A stretch of DNA of 64,000 bases, from NCBI GenBank assembly GCA_028023455.1, contig JAQFVV010000004.1:2914001-2978000 (forward strand), written 5' to 3'. The translations under genes and the position numbers were made by a program. Source of the DNA: Epiperipatus broadwayi (Eukaryota > Animalia > Onychophora). Positions within the stretch are counted from its first letter, which is position 1, and every line of letters begins with the position of its first letter. The notes under the pieces are model-generated. The model worked only from the letters and a program-made list of their open reading frames with translations, had not been told where the DNA came from and ran no database searches. Positions 1-14,153 of the stretch are shown here, in pieces.

Positions 1-1452
1 CTGTGCTGACCATTTGGCCATCAAAATGCTGATTGTGTCTGAAAAATATGCAAATTATCCAACAGTTCATTTTTTATATGCAATGTTTTTAATATTATTT
101 AAAAAAAATTATTAGGATAAATTTTAAACTTTTATGTTTTAAATATATTTACTGTCTAGATTATGATTATTATTTTAATGATAGAACTTTATTTTGAGAA
201 AGACATTATGCATACTTATTTGATGCACAGATCTTAAAAATAAGATCTTATAATATTCTGGAGATTTACAGATAAAATTATATATTGGCTGAATGCAGGG
301 AAAGTACTATAAGTATTCTGCAAATCCAACATTGTGAATAAAAAACATAAGATGATAACTGCAATATGTTTTTGTTTAAGCAAAGTAATGGTATCAGTTG
401 AAGTAAAAACATGCTGTTTAATTTTTAATTTTATTGGCAATTGATGAAGATTATCTTAATGTTGATAAAGTTTAAATACTTGCAATTTTCTTTGGAATCC
501 TCAGAAAAATCCAAAGTAAAGACAAAATTCTCTCTACTAAGTTTATCATTCCAATGACTAAAGTTCCCAATTCTGCCATGCTATCTCTGCGGAATCATAA
601 AAAAAATTTATCTTCATCTAGATTTGACAAAAGCGTCATTACTGATAGTTGCAGTTCCCAAGTAAGAAGCTCCTGCTAACACATGCTCTTCATCTGAACA
701 TCACAGTTTGTAGCCATATATTTCACTAATAACGTTTCTTTGAAAATACTTAATCATTTTTTTCCTACTCTTATTAGCCTATTTACTTTTTTAAAAAGAG
801 AAGAGCATATAATAATTGAGAATTTAAAGTGATAGACAAATTGGACTTCAACTGAAAAGTTTTAACTCTTGAATCTGTTTCCTCTCCAGTTGATGTGAAC
901 TATATACACTACTCACTTCTATATCCAAAATATACATTTATTAAAATTCAATGTAAGGTTTTGTTTAAGAAAAATAAAATTTTGTAAAAAAAAAAATTGG
1001 CTTTTGTTATGTAAAAAATGATATGCTTTACTGATGAAAATTTGGTGTTATTTCTGAAAAAATCTTAACCCTAACAATGATATAGATACATTTCTGATAG
1101 ATTGTCAGAAATAGGTACCAAATAAATTGTTACTCAGGAAATTATAGTTCAATTACTGAAGTAACAGAGCTGGGCTGCAGTTTTTGTATCATTAACTTTC
1201 AAGTTTACAACTCCAATGCAGATCATTATCAAATTACTGTTCAAAACTTAGAATACAATTATTATTTTATTTTTAAACAGCATATTAAAAAAAAATTAAA
1301 ACTAAAAATATATTTGGAAAATTTTAAAATTATTTTCAAATGTTTTATAACGCAATATATGTTAAAACCATTTCAGAACTGTTTTTTTTTTTTTAAATAT
1401 ATATACTACAAAATAAAATGCTTGAATTTTACCAATTGCCACTTTTTTTCTA

Positions 1453-1555
1453 TTTTTTCCCATGTGTCATAGCATCAGCCAGGAAGCAAACCTGCTAACC
1501 CAGACAACTGCTCGTAAAGCCGCTGTCGCTGACTTCTCGACCATCAATGCTTGAC
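1453..1555 (-). mobile_element. tRNA-Gly-derived SINE, copy 1
   Basis: Reverse complement reads GTCAAGCATTGATGGTCGAGAAGTCAGCGACAGCGG...GGTTTGCTTCCTGGCTGATGCTATGACACATGGG plus A tail. Flanked by direct repeat CCACTTTTTTTCTATTTT (TSD). Confidence 0.85.
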
Positions 1556-1809
1556 CACTTTTTTTCTATTTTTAGATAGCCTTTAAATATTTCTTAACAA
1601 TTTATATATATTTATAAAGTTTATAAAAATCATAAACTTGAAACATTCACAACACTGACATCATTCCACTCTTGCTCATATGTAGCTCATTATAATTTTT
1701 GAAATTTCAAAATAAAATATTGTTTCCAGACAAAAATATAATATCTTCTGGCTAACATAAATCTTTCAATAGGATTTTTGCAAAAATCATTAAAAATAGT
1801 TCAACTAGG

Positions 1810-2490
1810 CTAATTTGAAATTAACCTATTCATTCAGAATACTGAATGCTTACTATGAAAAATAGAGATTTGAACTTAGGATTTTTTGTCTATATTCATT
1901 CTTCACTCCATCTTAAACAACTGATAAATGACCACACACATGTGAAAAAGATAAATGATCCCCAATATACATAGAACCAGCACTCATTGATGGGACCAGC
2001 TTATAATCCCCCACACATATATACAATCTGTGCTTGAATTATATTAAGATAGCAATTCCTTAAACTTTAATGAACAGGTTTCAATCTTCTCACACTTTTC
2101 TACTATTCATTTCATTGAAAATCTAATGTTGGAATGCTCAAAGTTCTTGCTGATTTGATATTGTTTGATAATATGAGGGGTTAGATTGAAATAATGTCTA
2201 CATGAGTTGAAAGGAAGAGGAGATTGAAGCCTATCCATTAAAATTTAAAGAATTGCTATCTTAATGTAAGCTGAGCAGTGATTGGATATATGTGTGGGAG
2301 ATTATGATTTGTCCCAACTGATGAGTTCTGATTCTGCATGAAATACATATATTGGGGATCATTTGTCTTTTTCACATGTGTGTGGACATATGTATTGGAT
2401 GTTTGAGATGATGTGGAGGATGAATATATATTAAAAATTCTAAATCCCTCTATTTAGTCTAATTTGAATTAACACATAGCATTCAAGTGT
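1810..2490. mobile_element. Family H hammerhead-bearing foldback element (Penelope-like non-autonomous), two inverted arms
   Basis: Arm ~1810-2105 is the reverse complement of arm ~2195-2490. Homologous to 20745-21035, 25700-26730 and 39490-39830. Confidence 0.75.
2313..2356 (+). ncRNA. Type I hammerhead ribozyme motif (family H), partly decayed stem II
   Basis: CCCAA-CTGATGA-GTTCTGATTCTGCAT-GAAA-TACATAT-A-TTGGG: 5-bp stem I, both core boxes intact. Confidence 0.6.
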
Positions 2491-3641
2491 TATTCGATAT
2501 TTCGATAAAATAAAAAACTTATTATATACAGAATCAATATATAATCTGATGTAAATAATCAATAATTAAGGATGATAGTTACCACAATTAAATAGTCTTT
2601 CATTGTGCAATATTGTTTCTGAATAATTTATTTGCAGTCATAATTCTAGCCTCTATTCAACATTCATTTTTGTATTAACCATATATATATATATAAACAT
2701 ATTTTAAGGAGCAAACAAGTTTGACCACAAAGAACCATTTAAAAAATAAACCTGTAAATAATGCCTACTCTTTGTCCTTTTAAGTAGGTTCATAGTATTA
2801 AATATATGACAAGCTGTTATGCACTCATTAAAATAATATATATAAACATACACTCAGTAAATATTTGACAAATAATAAAATATAATTTCAAGCTATTGAA
2901 AAATTGCAAAGGAGGCTTTCTGTACTTTTGTACTGTGCTTCTAACTAATATTGAAATAATATTAAACAACTATGCATCATTAATTAAAATTCCAAATATT
3001 ATTCAATTAAATGCTACTCAATACAAATACTATCAGGATTAAATATGTGGCCTATAGTCAGCATTCTAATGACTTTTAATTAAATAATTATTTCAACCCA
3101 AGTCATGAATAATGGTATAAAAATACTGAAAGCCATCTTAAAAACTTTTGAATAACTTGAAAGTAAATGTCAAACATTTAATTAGATTATTAACATATTA
3201 TTTTTGTCAGTTGGTGTACTGTTTACTACGCGCGCACACACACATATATATATATATACAACAAAACATATAGATGTAGGCAGTGAAATGTAATGGAAAA
3301 TGATTGTAGATGAAATTTGTCTAGATTATTAATATAAAAAATTCTATTATTTTTCAATATTTAGACAAATACAAATATCAAATCAGGTTAAAAAATATTT
3401 AGAAAAACATTTGTGAGTTTATTAAAAATTCATTATTTCTAGCTAAAGCAATGCAGACAATCGTCTAGATAAAAATAGGAAAAAGATAAAGATTATCTTC
3501 TTTTGCCATTAAAATGTATAGTCATATGCCGTAACTAGATGACACTTCAATTATTTATAAGTAGGCAGCCGCAATAGGTAATGTCAAAATATTATATATA
3601 TATGATATGATTACATATTGTAATCCTCATGAGGTATAAGC

Positions 3642-3915
3642 TTATTAGAACATAAACCAACATCTTAACATAAAAATTCAAACCATCTTTTGTATCAATA
3701 CATCTATTTTAGATATCATTATAATTTAATTTGGCAATCTATAGATTTGAAGACATGACTTCCACATCAAAATGAGTCTTATTAGATCATAAACCAGCAT
3801 GTAACACAAAAATTTAATTAGACCATCTTCTATACCTATACATCTGTTTTAGATATTCTAATTTTATTTGGTAATCTATAGATTAGAAGACTGATTTCCA
3901 CATCAGAATAAGTAT
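3642..3915. repeat. Diverged tandem duplication, ~140-bp unit x2
   Basis: TATTAGA(A/T)CATAAACCA...TTCCACATCA occurs twice in tandem. Confidence 0.8.
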
Positions 3916-4654
3916 AGAACTTTTATATTTATGTGCCATAAATGTGACTTGTTTATTTTTGAATTAATTCACAATTAACCTCACACACATATATTATGTC
4001 CATTCTATTAATGGCAAAATAAACCCACATCACATAAAATAGAGACAATTTCCTGACAAAAGTGAAATGATATCTGAAATTTATGTACAGTGAAAGAAAG
4101 TGTTCTGAATTTTTATGATTGATAATGGTTTACAATCTGAAAAGAATAATTTTAATGAAGAATGAACTATAAAGACATAAATCTTATTGGTAGTGTATAT
4201 ATATAATGATTAAAAACCAGTCAGCCTTAGACAATTTCAATAACAATAACAATCAACAATTTCAAACTGTTGTCAAGGCAATCTTCTTTTAGCAATAAAG
4301 GTGGTATCCCACCTTCATTTATGGGTCAATATATTTATATAAATACTAAAGATTGCAACTTAACTACAGAGATTGAAATTATTGATACAAAGAAGTTTAA
4401 ATAACCTCCTTAAACAGGTAAGTATAACCTATTCTGAATCCAGATTAATAAATAGTCAATTATAATATTACAAACTGCAATTATAATTTTCAAGTAATTA
4501 ACTAATGATTATTTAAAATGATTACTTCAAACCCACTTAGCCTTGATCATTATTACACAATATATATATATATAATTTTATAGCATTGTTCTCTCAAATA
4601 TAAAAACAAAATCTTACCAAAATATTTGGTTCCTGCAGCTAATGACATCTAATA

Positions 4655-5400
4655 AGATATGTAGATGATGTATTCACATGTGCTTTGGAGATCAAATTAA
4701 TGATATACATGTAGAATGGGATAAAGCATCACCTCTGGAATAGACTATTGAAAATGAAGATGAGAATCAAAGGATAAATTTTCTGGATAAATATATCCAA
4801 AGAAACAAGGGTGATCTTGACTACAAAATGAATGTGAAACTAATTCAAATAAGAGATGCCATCCATCCCAAATTTGAAGTTTCATTTGAACATAAACTTG
4901 CAGGACTGAAAGATTTCTTATGTAGAAATAAGAAATTATGCAAATATGAGGCTATCAGAAAAGTAATATTGAAGTGTATATTAAAGATTTAACATATATT
5001 GGATATAACTATAATAAACTAATAAAAACAGTTGAAAAATTTCATAATAACATCAACAAAGCTGTTGACAATAATAAACATGTTAAACAGTGAATAAACC
5101 TGCCTTACCTCCCTCTTATTACAATGAACTATGAAAGATCTGTGTGAAAGCATTCAGAGTTGGTTTCAGATTTCCTTCCTCACTCAACAACCTTTTAAAT
5201 AATCCAAAATACAGAATCCCTTTTGAACATGCTCACCAGATTTATATAAAATCCCATGCCCTACCCCAGCCTGTAGCTCAGGGTATTTATAGGGAATCTC
5301 ATGCTAACAGATCAAAGAGAATCATCCAGCACATGTATTTATATAATGACTCATGAATAGAAATTGATCTTTTTTATCATGATCTAGCTATGGAACAATT
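4655..5400 (+). mobile_element. Degenerate Penelope-like element (RT C-terminal part plus GIY-YIG remnant)
   Basis: Manual translation gives RYVDDVF, TIENEDENQRINFLDKYIQR, LPYLP and QIY.KIPCPTPAC, with stops and frameshifts. This is typical PLE RT-thumb-endonuclease order. Confidence 0.75.
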
Positions 5401-7414
5401 TTTCTCCATACAATGTTATAACAATATGTGGAGAGAGGGATGATAAGGAAAGAAAATATAAAGAGGGTTGGGCTATTGCAAGAGATCCTCATTCTATCAA
5501 TAGAAAAGATACTTGCATTCCATTAACAAAAAAATTGAACATCTAATTTACATACTGGGCCTTATTTACATATTGGTTTTCACCACTATATTTATATATA
5601 TTTTAACAGTGCACATTTCTTCAGCACTATGATTCTGGTAGCAATCTGCTGAAAGCTAACTCAGTCCTTTTAAGATTTATTTTAGAGTTATTGTTACCAT
5701 TTCACATTAACATGAACAGTACAACTTTGGTAGAATTACATAATTTTATGGAAAGAGTATAACTATTGAGATTAACATATAAAATAAAAAATTATTACCA
5801 GTATAAGGTTAAATAAACTTATCATCAAGACAAGCACATATAGGCAAAGCAAAGTGGAGACATTCTACTATAATAGCTTTTCCATTTCTCATTATTATAT
5901 AACAATTTCTATATACAACTTCTTAAAATTAATTCCTTATGTTTGTCAATGTTATACTCAAGTGGAAATTCCGAAAACAAAATATAGAGTCTTATAAGCA
6001 ATTCAAAAATATATTTTATCATCAGTGGCAACACAATTTACTTTAGATTATTATATTTAAATTCAATAAACAAGAACAGAAAATGAATTCAATTACTTTG
6101 TAAACAAAAATCGTTCTTCTATCTCTGTTTTGAGATTATGGAAGAAAACAGATCCATCATATTTCAATACTTAAAAAATATATGTATATTTTACATAAAA
6201 AAAAATGTATTTTGATTTACTATAAATTTTAACCTATTGCCTAGTATAAGGACTTTTTTAAAAGACAGTTTAAATATTATACAAATTTCATTTAAAAAAA
6301 CGTATAGAGATTGAAATCACGAGTTGGATTCGCTAATGGCTATATTAAAACCTTCAATCCTGTTACTACAGCTACAGATTTCACAGTCATTAACTATGTA
6401 TTTAAAATTTATGGTTGAACAAATTTACATAGAACAATAGCTATTAAATTCCATCCACAAAGCATGTGATCATGTAACTTAAACATTTAAAAGAGTATAA
6501 ACACTAGAATTTTAATTAAAGATACTAAAAAGCAAGAAAGAAAGCATGCTAGTTGAATATAGAAAAAAAAGTCCATGGCATTTTTATTAAAAGAAGGTAG
6601 AAATAGAGCTTGCAATATAATAATTAGTGCATTCACCTACAACCTTCATGATCTATAGTGTGAATCTGGTCGTATGAACCTTGAATTTTTTTTTAGACTA
6701 CATAAAGTTTTTTCTCTATTAATTGGCTTACAGTTAATCCACTGAGACTTCAATGCTTTACTTATAACTTTAGATTTTTCTTTACTAATTGGCTTACAGC
6801 TAACTCCCTGAGACATCAGGTTGGTAATGGTTTCCAGAGAGTCTTAGTTAAAATATGGAGTCTAGATCAATTGTAGCTGTTGAGATCACCGTTATTTATC
6901 AATATGGCTTCCACATCAGGTAGGAAGAGTGAGTACTGATTTCATAGTTACTTTTATCATTTTATTTATCAAAGTTAAATAATCAAAATAAAAATTAATT
7001 TATTGTTAAAACATACAAACCTCTAAATGAATTATAAAAATTATTTAACTTAGAAAGTGTTTACGACATATCAAATAATTTTAAATTTCAATATACAATA
7101 TTTTCATCTACATATCAATATAACAACTTTGTTTAATCATCATCATCAACATAAAGCATGTTTAGAATTTAATTATTAAATCCTTTACCTTTATCATACA
7201 GATATAAAACAGAATATTTTTTTAAGAATACAGTACTATGATTTAATTTTTTTAAGACATTACAGATCTTCTACAGTTACAAGTAATTTAGATAGGCTGA
7301 TTCTATCCTATTTCTAAATAACTGATTATCAGTATTAGCATAATAACAATTTGTATTAGTCATTCATGAGATTAGAGATTATCCACTTAATGAACAGTGC
7401 AATTTTCTTTGCAC

Positions 7415-7577
7415 CACCTTGTGGAGGGGTGTAATCATAGACATATGACCAAAAACATGTGAAAAATAAGTATGAGCTGCAAAATGCATATTTCATGCTG
7501 TGTCAGTACAATCTCTTACACATATCTATTTCACAAGTATTTGATCATATGTTTAGGATTACACCCCCCACAAGGTG
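7415..7577. repeat. Short MITE-like inverted repeat (~60-75 bp arms)
   Basis: CACCTTGTGGAGGGGTGTAATCATAGACATATG... versus ...CATATGTTTAGGATTACACCCCCCACAAGGTG. Confidence 0.8.
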
Positions 7578-7773
7578 TTAAAAGAGATGATATAGTGAAA
7601 ATTATAGTACAAAAATATTATTAGTCTAATCGCAGTTTTATATATATCAAAAGACTATTTGGAAGCAGAAATCTGCTTTTCTTAATATTATTTTAAAAAT
7701 CATATTCTACACAAGCAAAACTATTACATTATTTTTTTTGTATAATATAATCATATGGTTAGTAACTTGGTAA

Positions 7774-7824
7774 GTCACGTGGACGTTCAAGTATATAAAT
7801 AGAAGTGAGAGGTAGTTACTTCCG
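7774..7824 (+). promoter_or_regulatory. Possible core promoter (E-box, TATA, ETS-like)
   Basis: GTCACGTG 7774-7781, TATATAAA 7792-7799, ACTTCCG 7818-7824, with a second GTCACGTG at 8145-8152. Motif presence only. Confidence 0.2.
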
Positions 7825-9603
7825 CTTTTCAACTACAGATAATCTAACTAATAACTTTTTGTTTTTAAAATAGTCATTCTATCACTATATTAATAACCAT
7901 AGGGCAATGCATCGTGCAACTTCTGTTTCAACACATTTTATATTTATATTTTAATATTGCTCATTTTAATTGTTATGTATTCACAAGCCACTTCTGGGCT
8001 TCAATACTACGATAATAAGAATAAAATTTATTTTTAAAGATTAAACTTTTATTTAAAATTATGTACCATTTACTAATGTACTTTCTTAGTCAAATTTTTT
8101 ATTTAATGCTAAATTATTAATAAAATAACTCATAAAAAGTGTTGGTCACGTGCATACATGTTTTTTTCAAAAAGAAGCTTTGAAGAACTGATTAAAACTT
8201 AATTCAGTTTGCTGTGTTTATATGTGTGTACTTTACTGATAGTTATTGGAAACGTAAACACATCAAAAAGTATTGTAATTTTTTTAATAAAAAAAAAAAA
8301 AATACTACTTGAATTTTTGACCAAAATTTTCAAACTCATTATTCGAGACTCTTCGATGACTGTTATCAGTTTGAAATGCTAGTGACAAGCTTATACAAAC
8401 TGTTTTACATCTTCAAACTTTTGAAGATTCATCCTGACAAGCTATACTCAATTTTAGAGACAACTTGCAAACAATGTAGAGCTGTCAATGACTGCTCCTA
8501 GAGTGGCAGACCTTGCTGTCTACTAACTGCTCTTATGCAGGCAGTCAATAGGCTTGCTATGCCGGTTGCCCAGACAAGAGTTCTTGACATGATGATTCTA
8601 CATGTAAAGAAAATTTAAATACATATCTGTGTGTGTTAATAATATTAAGTTATTTATTTATTTTAAATTAATTTTTTAAATACGTTGCATGAAAATATAT
8701 ATATATATGCGAATTACATATATGTACACGTATGCGTGCATATATATATATATATAACCATAAATATATAGTCATACACACATAGCTATAAAGTGTTATC
8801 TTGCAAAGGGTCTGAGAACAGCTTGCTGTGCATCATTTGTCAAGTTTTTCTAACAAGCCGCAGCCCCAGATAAGCAGAATATCTAGCCTGAGCAGTTCTT
8901 TACTGCCAATGAAAAATGACAAGCTGGGTTGGCATTCTTTGAAGCAGGGCTGTGTGTCTACTGCCGGCACTCACTGATGCTGTTTTACTGTGTATGGTTG
9001 GCCATGCACAACCACCGAGAATGAACAGTCAAGTTGGGCTGCACTAGATAAGAAGAAGAGGTTTGGGTTCATCGGTGAAAAATTAATGAAGTGCAGCATT
9101 AAAATACTGGCCCCACTTCAGCATTCTGATATCTAGAAAGAGAGGTGGTCTTTACACTCCTCTGAGAAGCAAATGAGCCATGCCCCTACCTGACATTACC
9201 AAATTTATGAGATTACCCCCCCCCCGACACTTTTATATACCAGAGCTTGTCCAACTTTCTTTTACAACATTCATCAGTTGTTAGTATTGTGGATTTTTAG
9301 TCGACAGAGAGAAAATTTAAAATGACTCAAGCCGTTCAGTAAATATGAAGTTTCACAGCAGATTACTTAAGATGATACTTCATTTATCAAAAGTAACTTT
9401 ACAGTTAAGGAGCTCAACAGATAGAAAAGAAAAAAATATATAGCCAAAAACTCTTAACGTTTTCAACTGAAAGAGAATGAAGATACATTTTATATATCAA
9501 TAAAATGCACACACAAACATAATTATTACATGCGTAATTTTCTTCATTACCATTCAGTAAATTTTATAGGACGATTATTTTATTTCAAATAATACTTAAA
9601 TCA

Positions 9604-9707
9604 GTCTTGCGTTGTTAGCCGAGAGGTATCGCAGCCGCCTTGCAAGCAAGTAGTCGGTTGCAGACGGTTGTGGGTTCGCGTCCCGGATATGCTATGACAC
9701 ATGGAAA
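9604..9707 (+). mobile_element. tRNA-Gly-derived SINE, copy 2 (long subfamily)
   Basis: GCGTTGTTAGCCGAGAGGTATCGCAGCCGCCTTGCAAGC...GGGTTCGCGTCCCGG...CTATGACACATGG. TSD AATACTTAAATCA. Confidence 0.85.
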
Positions 9708-12700
9708 TACTTAAATCAATATATAAATTTTAATATAATTTATATATATATTTTCAAAAAAGTATGTGACTGACTTTAAATGTATTCAAAATTTATTTTA
9801 TCTATTTAACATAAAGGGGGGGGGGAGGATAATAAAATGGCCAAAAGTATGTAGTAAAACACATGAATCATCCTACTTCAGCACTTCTCCACACAAGCGT
9901 TTGAAAAGTATTGGAAGAGCACGTAGTCCATTAGTGCTGGCGAAAGATATAGTAATGTTTATTTTGCAACTTTTACCATCTATCTACTTGATACTCAGTT
10001 ATTTTCATTAGTTCTCTGGCTAACTAAACAAATTTCTAAATGTTTCACTTTTTATCAATACTTGAACAATCTCTAGATTATAAGATACATTGAAGGACCT
10101 ATTACATCTCTTCACAAATATATACTCAAACATTCAACCACATTAACACAAATATAACATGACAACCTCAACTTACATTGAATCTATACTATTTTTTTTT
10201 CCACTTTATAAGAATTAGTAGACATTAGATGATAATTCAAATATATTTTCATGATTATGTTTTAGATTACCGAAGGGAGGAAAAATTCAAAAAGCAATGG
10301 GAGCATATTTATATTATTATTAAAAGATATACTGTACTTGTTATTTTATGCAATTTCTATTCTATACTAATAACCTAACATATTGTCAATGTGTTTTAAG
10401 ATAGTTCAAACATGTTTGTGTAGTAATATTGTATTACATGTTCTTGTAGTAATTATGGTATTGCATGTAAAAAATATTGAGCAAATATATCTTTTTTATT
10501 TTTTTTTTAAAAAAAAGAAGATAATAAAATTACAAACCCCAGAAAAATAACAGACAAATAAAGATAAAAGCATAATTAAAAATTAAATATATATTTATGC
10601 ACATGTGAAGTTTTTCATTATAAAAGGCATCTTGTGAATCCCTCTTTTGATTTGATTAAAGTAATCCTAGCTAAGGCCTTCATTTTTTAAACGCTTAATT
10701 TATCATAGAAGTGTATTTGCATTGCCTTTATATTGTATCTTTATTTTGTCACAGATTCCACTTTGGCAAGAATAGAAGCGAAACTTCGAAGTAAGCTACT
10801 AGAAAGATTATGTGGCAGTTGGTCTTGGTATAATGCTTTATCTTCAATCCCAGAAAGATAGAGAATGCTTTTAAAATGAAATCACATATTACTTAATCTG
10901 AATATTACATAAACATCTAATATTTTAATTACTATTATAAAATTTTCACCCTCTTTCCTAATAGTGGATTTTTTTATAATAATACTTCAATTCAAAATTA
11001 GATTAAAAACTAGAACAATAATAATGTTTTAATATCAATTTAGCAAAAACTTTCCGTCTTTTTTTTTTTTTATGTAGTTGTTAATAAGCAGAGAGAAAAA
11101 ATTTACAAAGTTTATAACAGACAGTCTGCCCAATAAAAAAAATAATTGTCTTTGATATATTATATTAACCAATTAATCTAAAAATATTTTTTTGAAAACT
11201 AATAATCTTTTTTTTTTTAATTTTCAATGATTTAATTTTTTTATTAAAAATATTTTAAGCACGATTTAACTAAATTATGAACTATTATTTAGTAGTTAAT
11301 GCATAAGAATATTTTTTTAGATAATAAGAATAAAACTATTCTCACTAAATAATTAAAAAGTACAAATTAAAAAAAAATGCTGGCTATTTCTTGTGTAAAG
11401 TACAATCTCTATCTCTATGGCAACAGATGCATATTTGATGAGTGATTTTATAGAAGCAACAAAAAATGTTTATGTTTATCAAATTTTAAATAGAAAGTAA
11501 TAAGCACATTAAGTTGATATAATTAAGCTGGCATTACTGTGGAACTACAATGGTTAACGTAATTTGTTTACTCGTGCAAATGTAATCAGTCAATTTAAAG
11601 TCTTTCGAAATTTACTTAATTATTTAATTATTATACGGATTCATTTTATTATTTGTCTAATATGTATTTAATAATTTTTTAATATTTGTTGTAAAAAATA
11701 TATTAAACAGGGGGCAAACGAATAATGAATGGTCTATGCATAAGTATGACCTATTAATATGCTTAAGTAATGAATGGTCTATGCATAATTATGACTTATA
11801 TAAAAACTTATAATATTTGAAGTTTCCTGGCAATGAACTATAGAGTTCCAATTATAATAAAATTTTCATTTTTCATTAGTGGTTCTTTAATAATTTTATT
11901 TTCCATTTTTAATACAAAAAAAAAAAACTATTTACAATAATCAAAATTTCTAATTTTGTTTATTAAAAAGTTTTTCAATTTATACACTTTTAACAATTTG
12001 ATTACTCATAAATATGTCATTTTTCAAAATATTAATAATAAAACAATCTAGAAAGATTAAAATAAAGGCCATGAAGGCATTTTATTCATTGAACATAAGA
12101 ATATTGCAGTTTAAATACAGATTAGCACTCGGTTTATTATTACTTATACTAATAGTAATTTCTTTGGTAAAGAAGCTAAAAATGCATTCAATTTGCAGTC
12201 ATTATTTAAATGCTATTTTACCTTTCCTTAATATGAAAGTTATTTTAGGCAAAAAACAGCTTCATTGACTTCAAAGAGTCTTCGGCATTTTTGCACAATA
12301 GATTATTTTACCTATTCTAAGCATATATGCCATTTAATGTCCAATATTTAACAAAAAGCAAACAATAAGCTGAATCAAGCTAATTTCTTACAAAAGTGTG
12401 TTTTTTTTTAAATAACCCTTTTCAGTAATGGGATAAATTATAATAATACTTCATTCAAATGTGGATAAAGTATCGGAAGGTTTGTAATGATGGTATATTA
12501 TAAGATGTGATATGTTGGACTATTTCCATCATTTATGAGTGACTGTTGAATGTACAGAAAATTTTAAACTTTATTTAGACTTTCCAAATACAAACAACTT
12601 GTTAGTAATAACACACAAATAGACAATACAGGTTAGTAATTACACAATGTTTCAAGAAGTATTATTCTCCCTCTTCTTTAGGTGTGGTTCAAGTATATTT

Positions 12701-13950
12701 CCTTTTTTAATATTTTCTTTATAATAGATATAATTTTAAGTGGATTGACAAGTAATGAATAATTATTACTAATTATGATCAAGTATTATTGTTTTCTTGT
12801 AGTATTCTGTTATCTAACTCTTGGAGAAAGAACTTGGCATACATTTAAACATATAAACCATGCAATAGAAATAAAAATAATCATCATCAACAACAATAAA
12901 AATAGATGATATGAAAGAAGCTGGATTTTGATAGAAAATTATAGAATATATTAATTCTTTCTATCTATATTTGATATTCTAAATCCAAAAAATCTCATTA
13001 TAAAAAGTTCATTGAAACTGTTTAACAATGAAACAATTGAAAATTTTCTTGGAAATCATTCTGTGAACTTTTTCAAGTGTATCTCTTCATTTTCAATAGA
13101 TTAATATCAATTTTATTAAAGGATTTGTATTGATTTATGAAAAGGTGGAAATGAAATTAATATATTTTTATCAAATCATTATTTTTTGTCACAATTCCAT
13201 TTTTTTTAAAAATTCAATTAATCTTAAAATAAAAATGGAGAAAGTTGTTTACCTTGTAATAAGAGTGAAACTATTTATATGAGAAAGCTATGTGTTACAT
13301 AGCTTACTGATAAAAATAATTTTGTCACATAAATGTATTGTTTTTTTAGTTCAAAGTTTCATTTGAAATAAAGGCTTGTTAAAAATTTAGTTAATGAAAA
13401 AATTATTCAATGCAAAGCAGAAATGTTGGATGAAAAAATGAAGTATGAACAATAGCCATTTTACAGTGCAACTGGGAAAAAAAGGAAACATAATGCTTTC
13501 ATTTAGTCTTTCTTGGAAAAGATTTAAATGCAGAATATGTTTAAAAAATTGTCATTACTAGTTGCAACAATTGGAATATAGCCAGTAATATTTTTTTTTT
13601 TTTTTTTGCAGAAACCAATCACTTATAATCATGTAACAATTATGCACCTGAAATGTATTACACATTATTTCTCATACAAAATTATCTTCAAGTTTAAAAA
13701 TAAGTTTCTAAGATAACATCTTGATATGTATTCCCAAAATTAAAATAGCTAAGATCTGATTACCATTATAAGATTTGTATAATTCATTTTACAATGGGAC
13801 TTATTAGTTTACATTGAGGAATAAACATCACATGATCCCCATTTCTTATGCTTGCTTATAACTGTTATTAAAACAGGCAAGCTTGGATTGAAAATATTAT
13901 AGTGTTTTCAATTTAAGACTCATAGTTTTGTAGTTAAGTAGAGATAAAAG

Positions 13951-14153
13951 GTGGCGCTGGAGGGTTGCATTAGATCCTAAGATCTAGGTGCAGTGCTCTC
14001 AGATCCAAGGCTTCTCATTGACGAAGGCCACAAGCCAGAAACTAGTATGGGGATATTGGATGAGTAAGCACTAGATATGCATGACCCTTCTGGCATCCAC
14101 TGATTACTCTGGCTTGCACTGAGTGGCAATATGTATAGAGAGTTTTGCCTGTT
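13951..14153 (+). mobile_element. Family M MITE copy (left TIR missing)
   Basis: Aligns by eye to 47882-48134, 36160-36280 and the reverse complement of 35860-36055. Confidence 0.75.

Noticed and set aside
234-730. Minus-strand ORF 234-440 and adjacent frames as a gene or pseudogene
   Set aside because: No recognisable motif and multiple stops. Such ORFs are expected by chance in AT-rich DNA.
3642-3915. Hammerhead remnant in each 140-bp unit (TTGAAGA...AAAATGAGTC)
   Set aside because: Too many core changes, not all explained by CpG decay, and the second unit lacks the motif.
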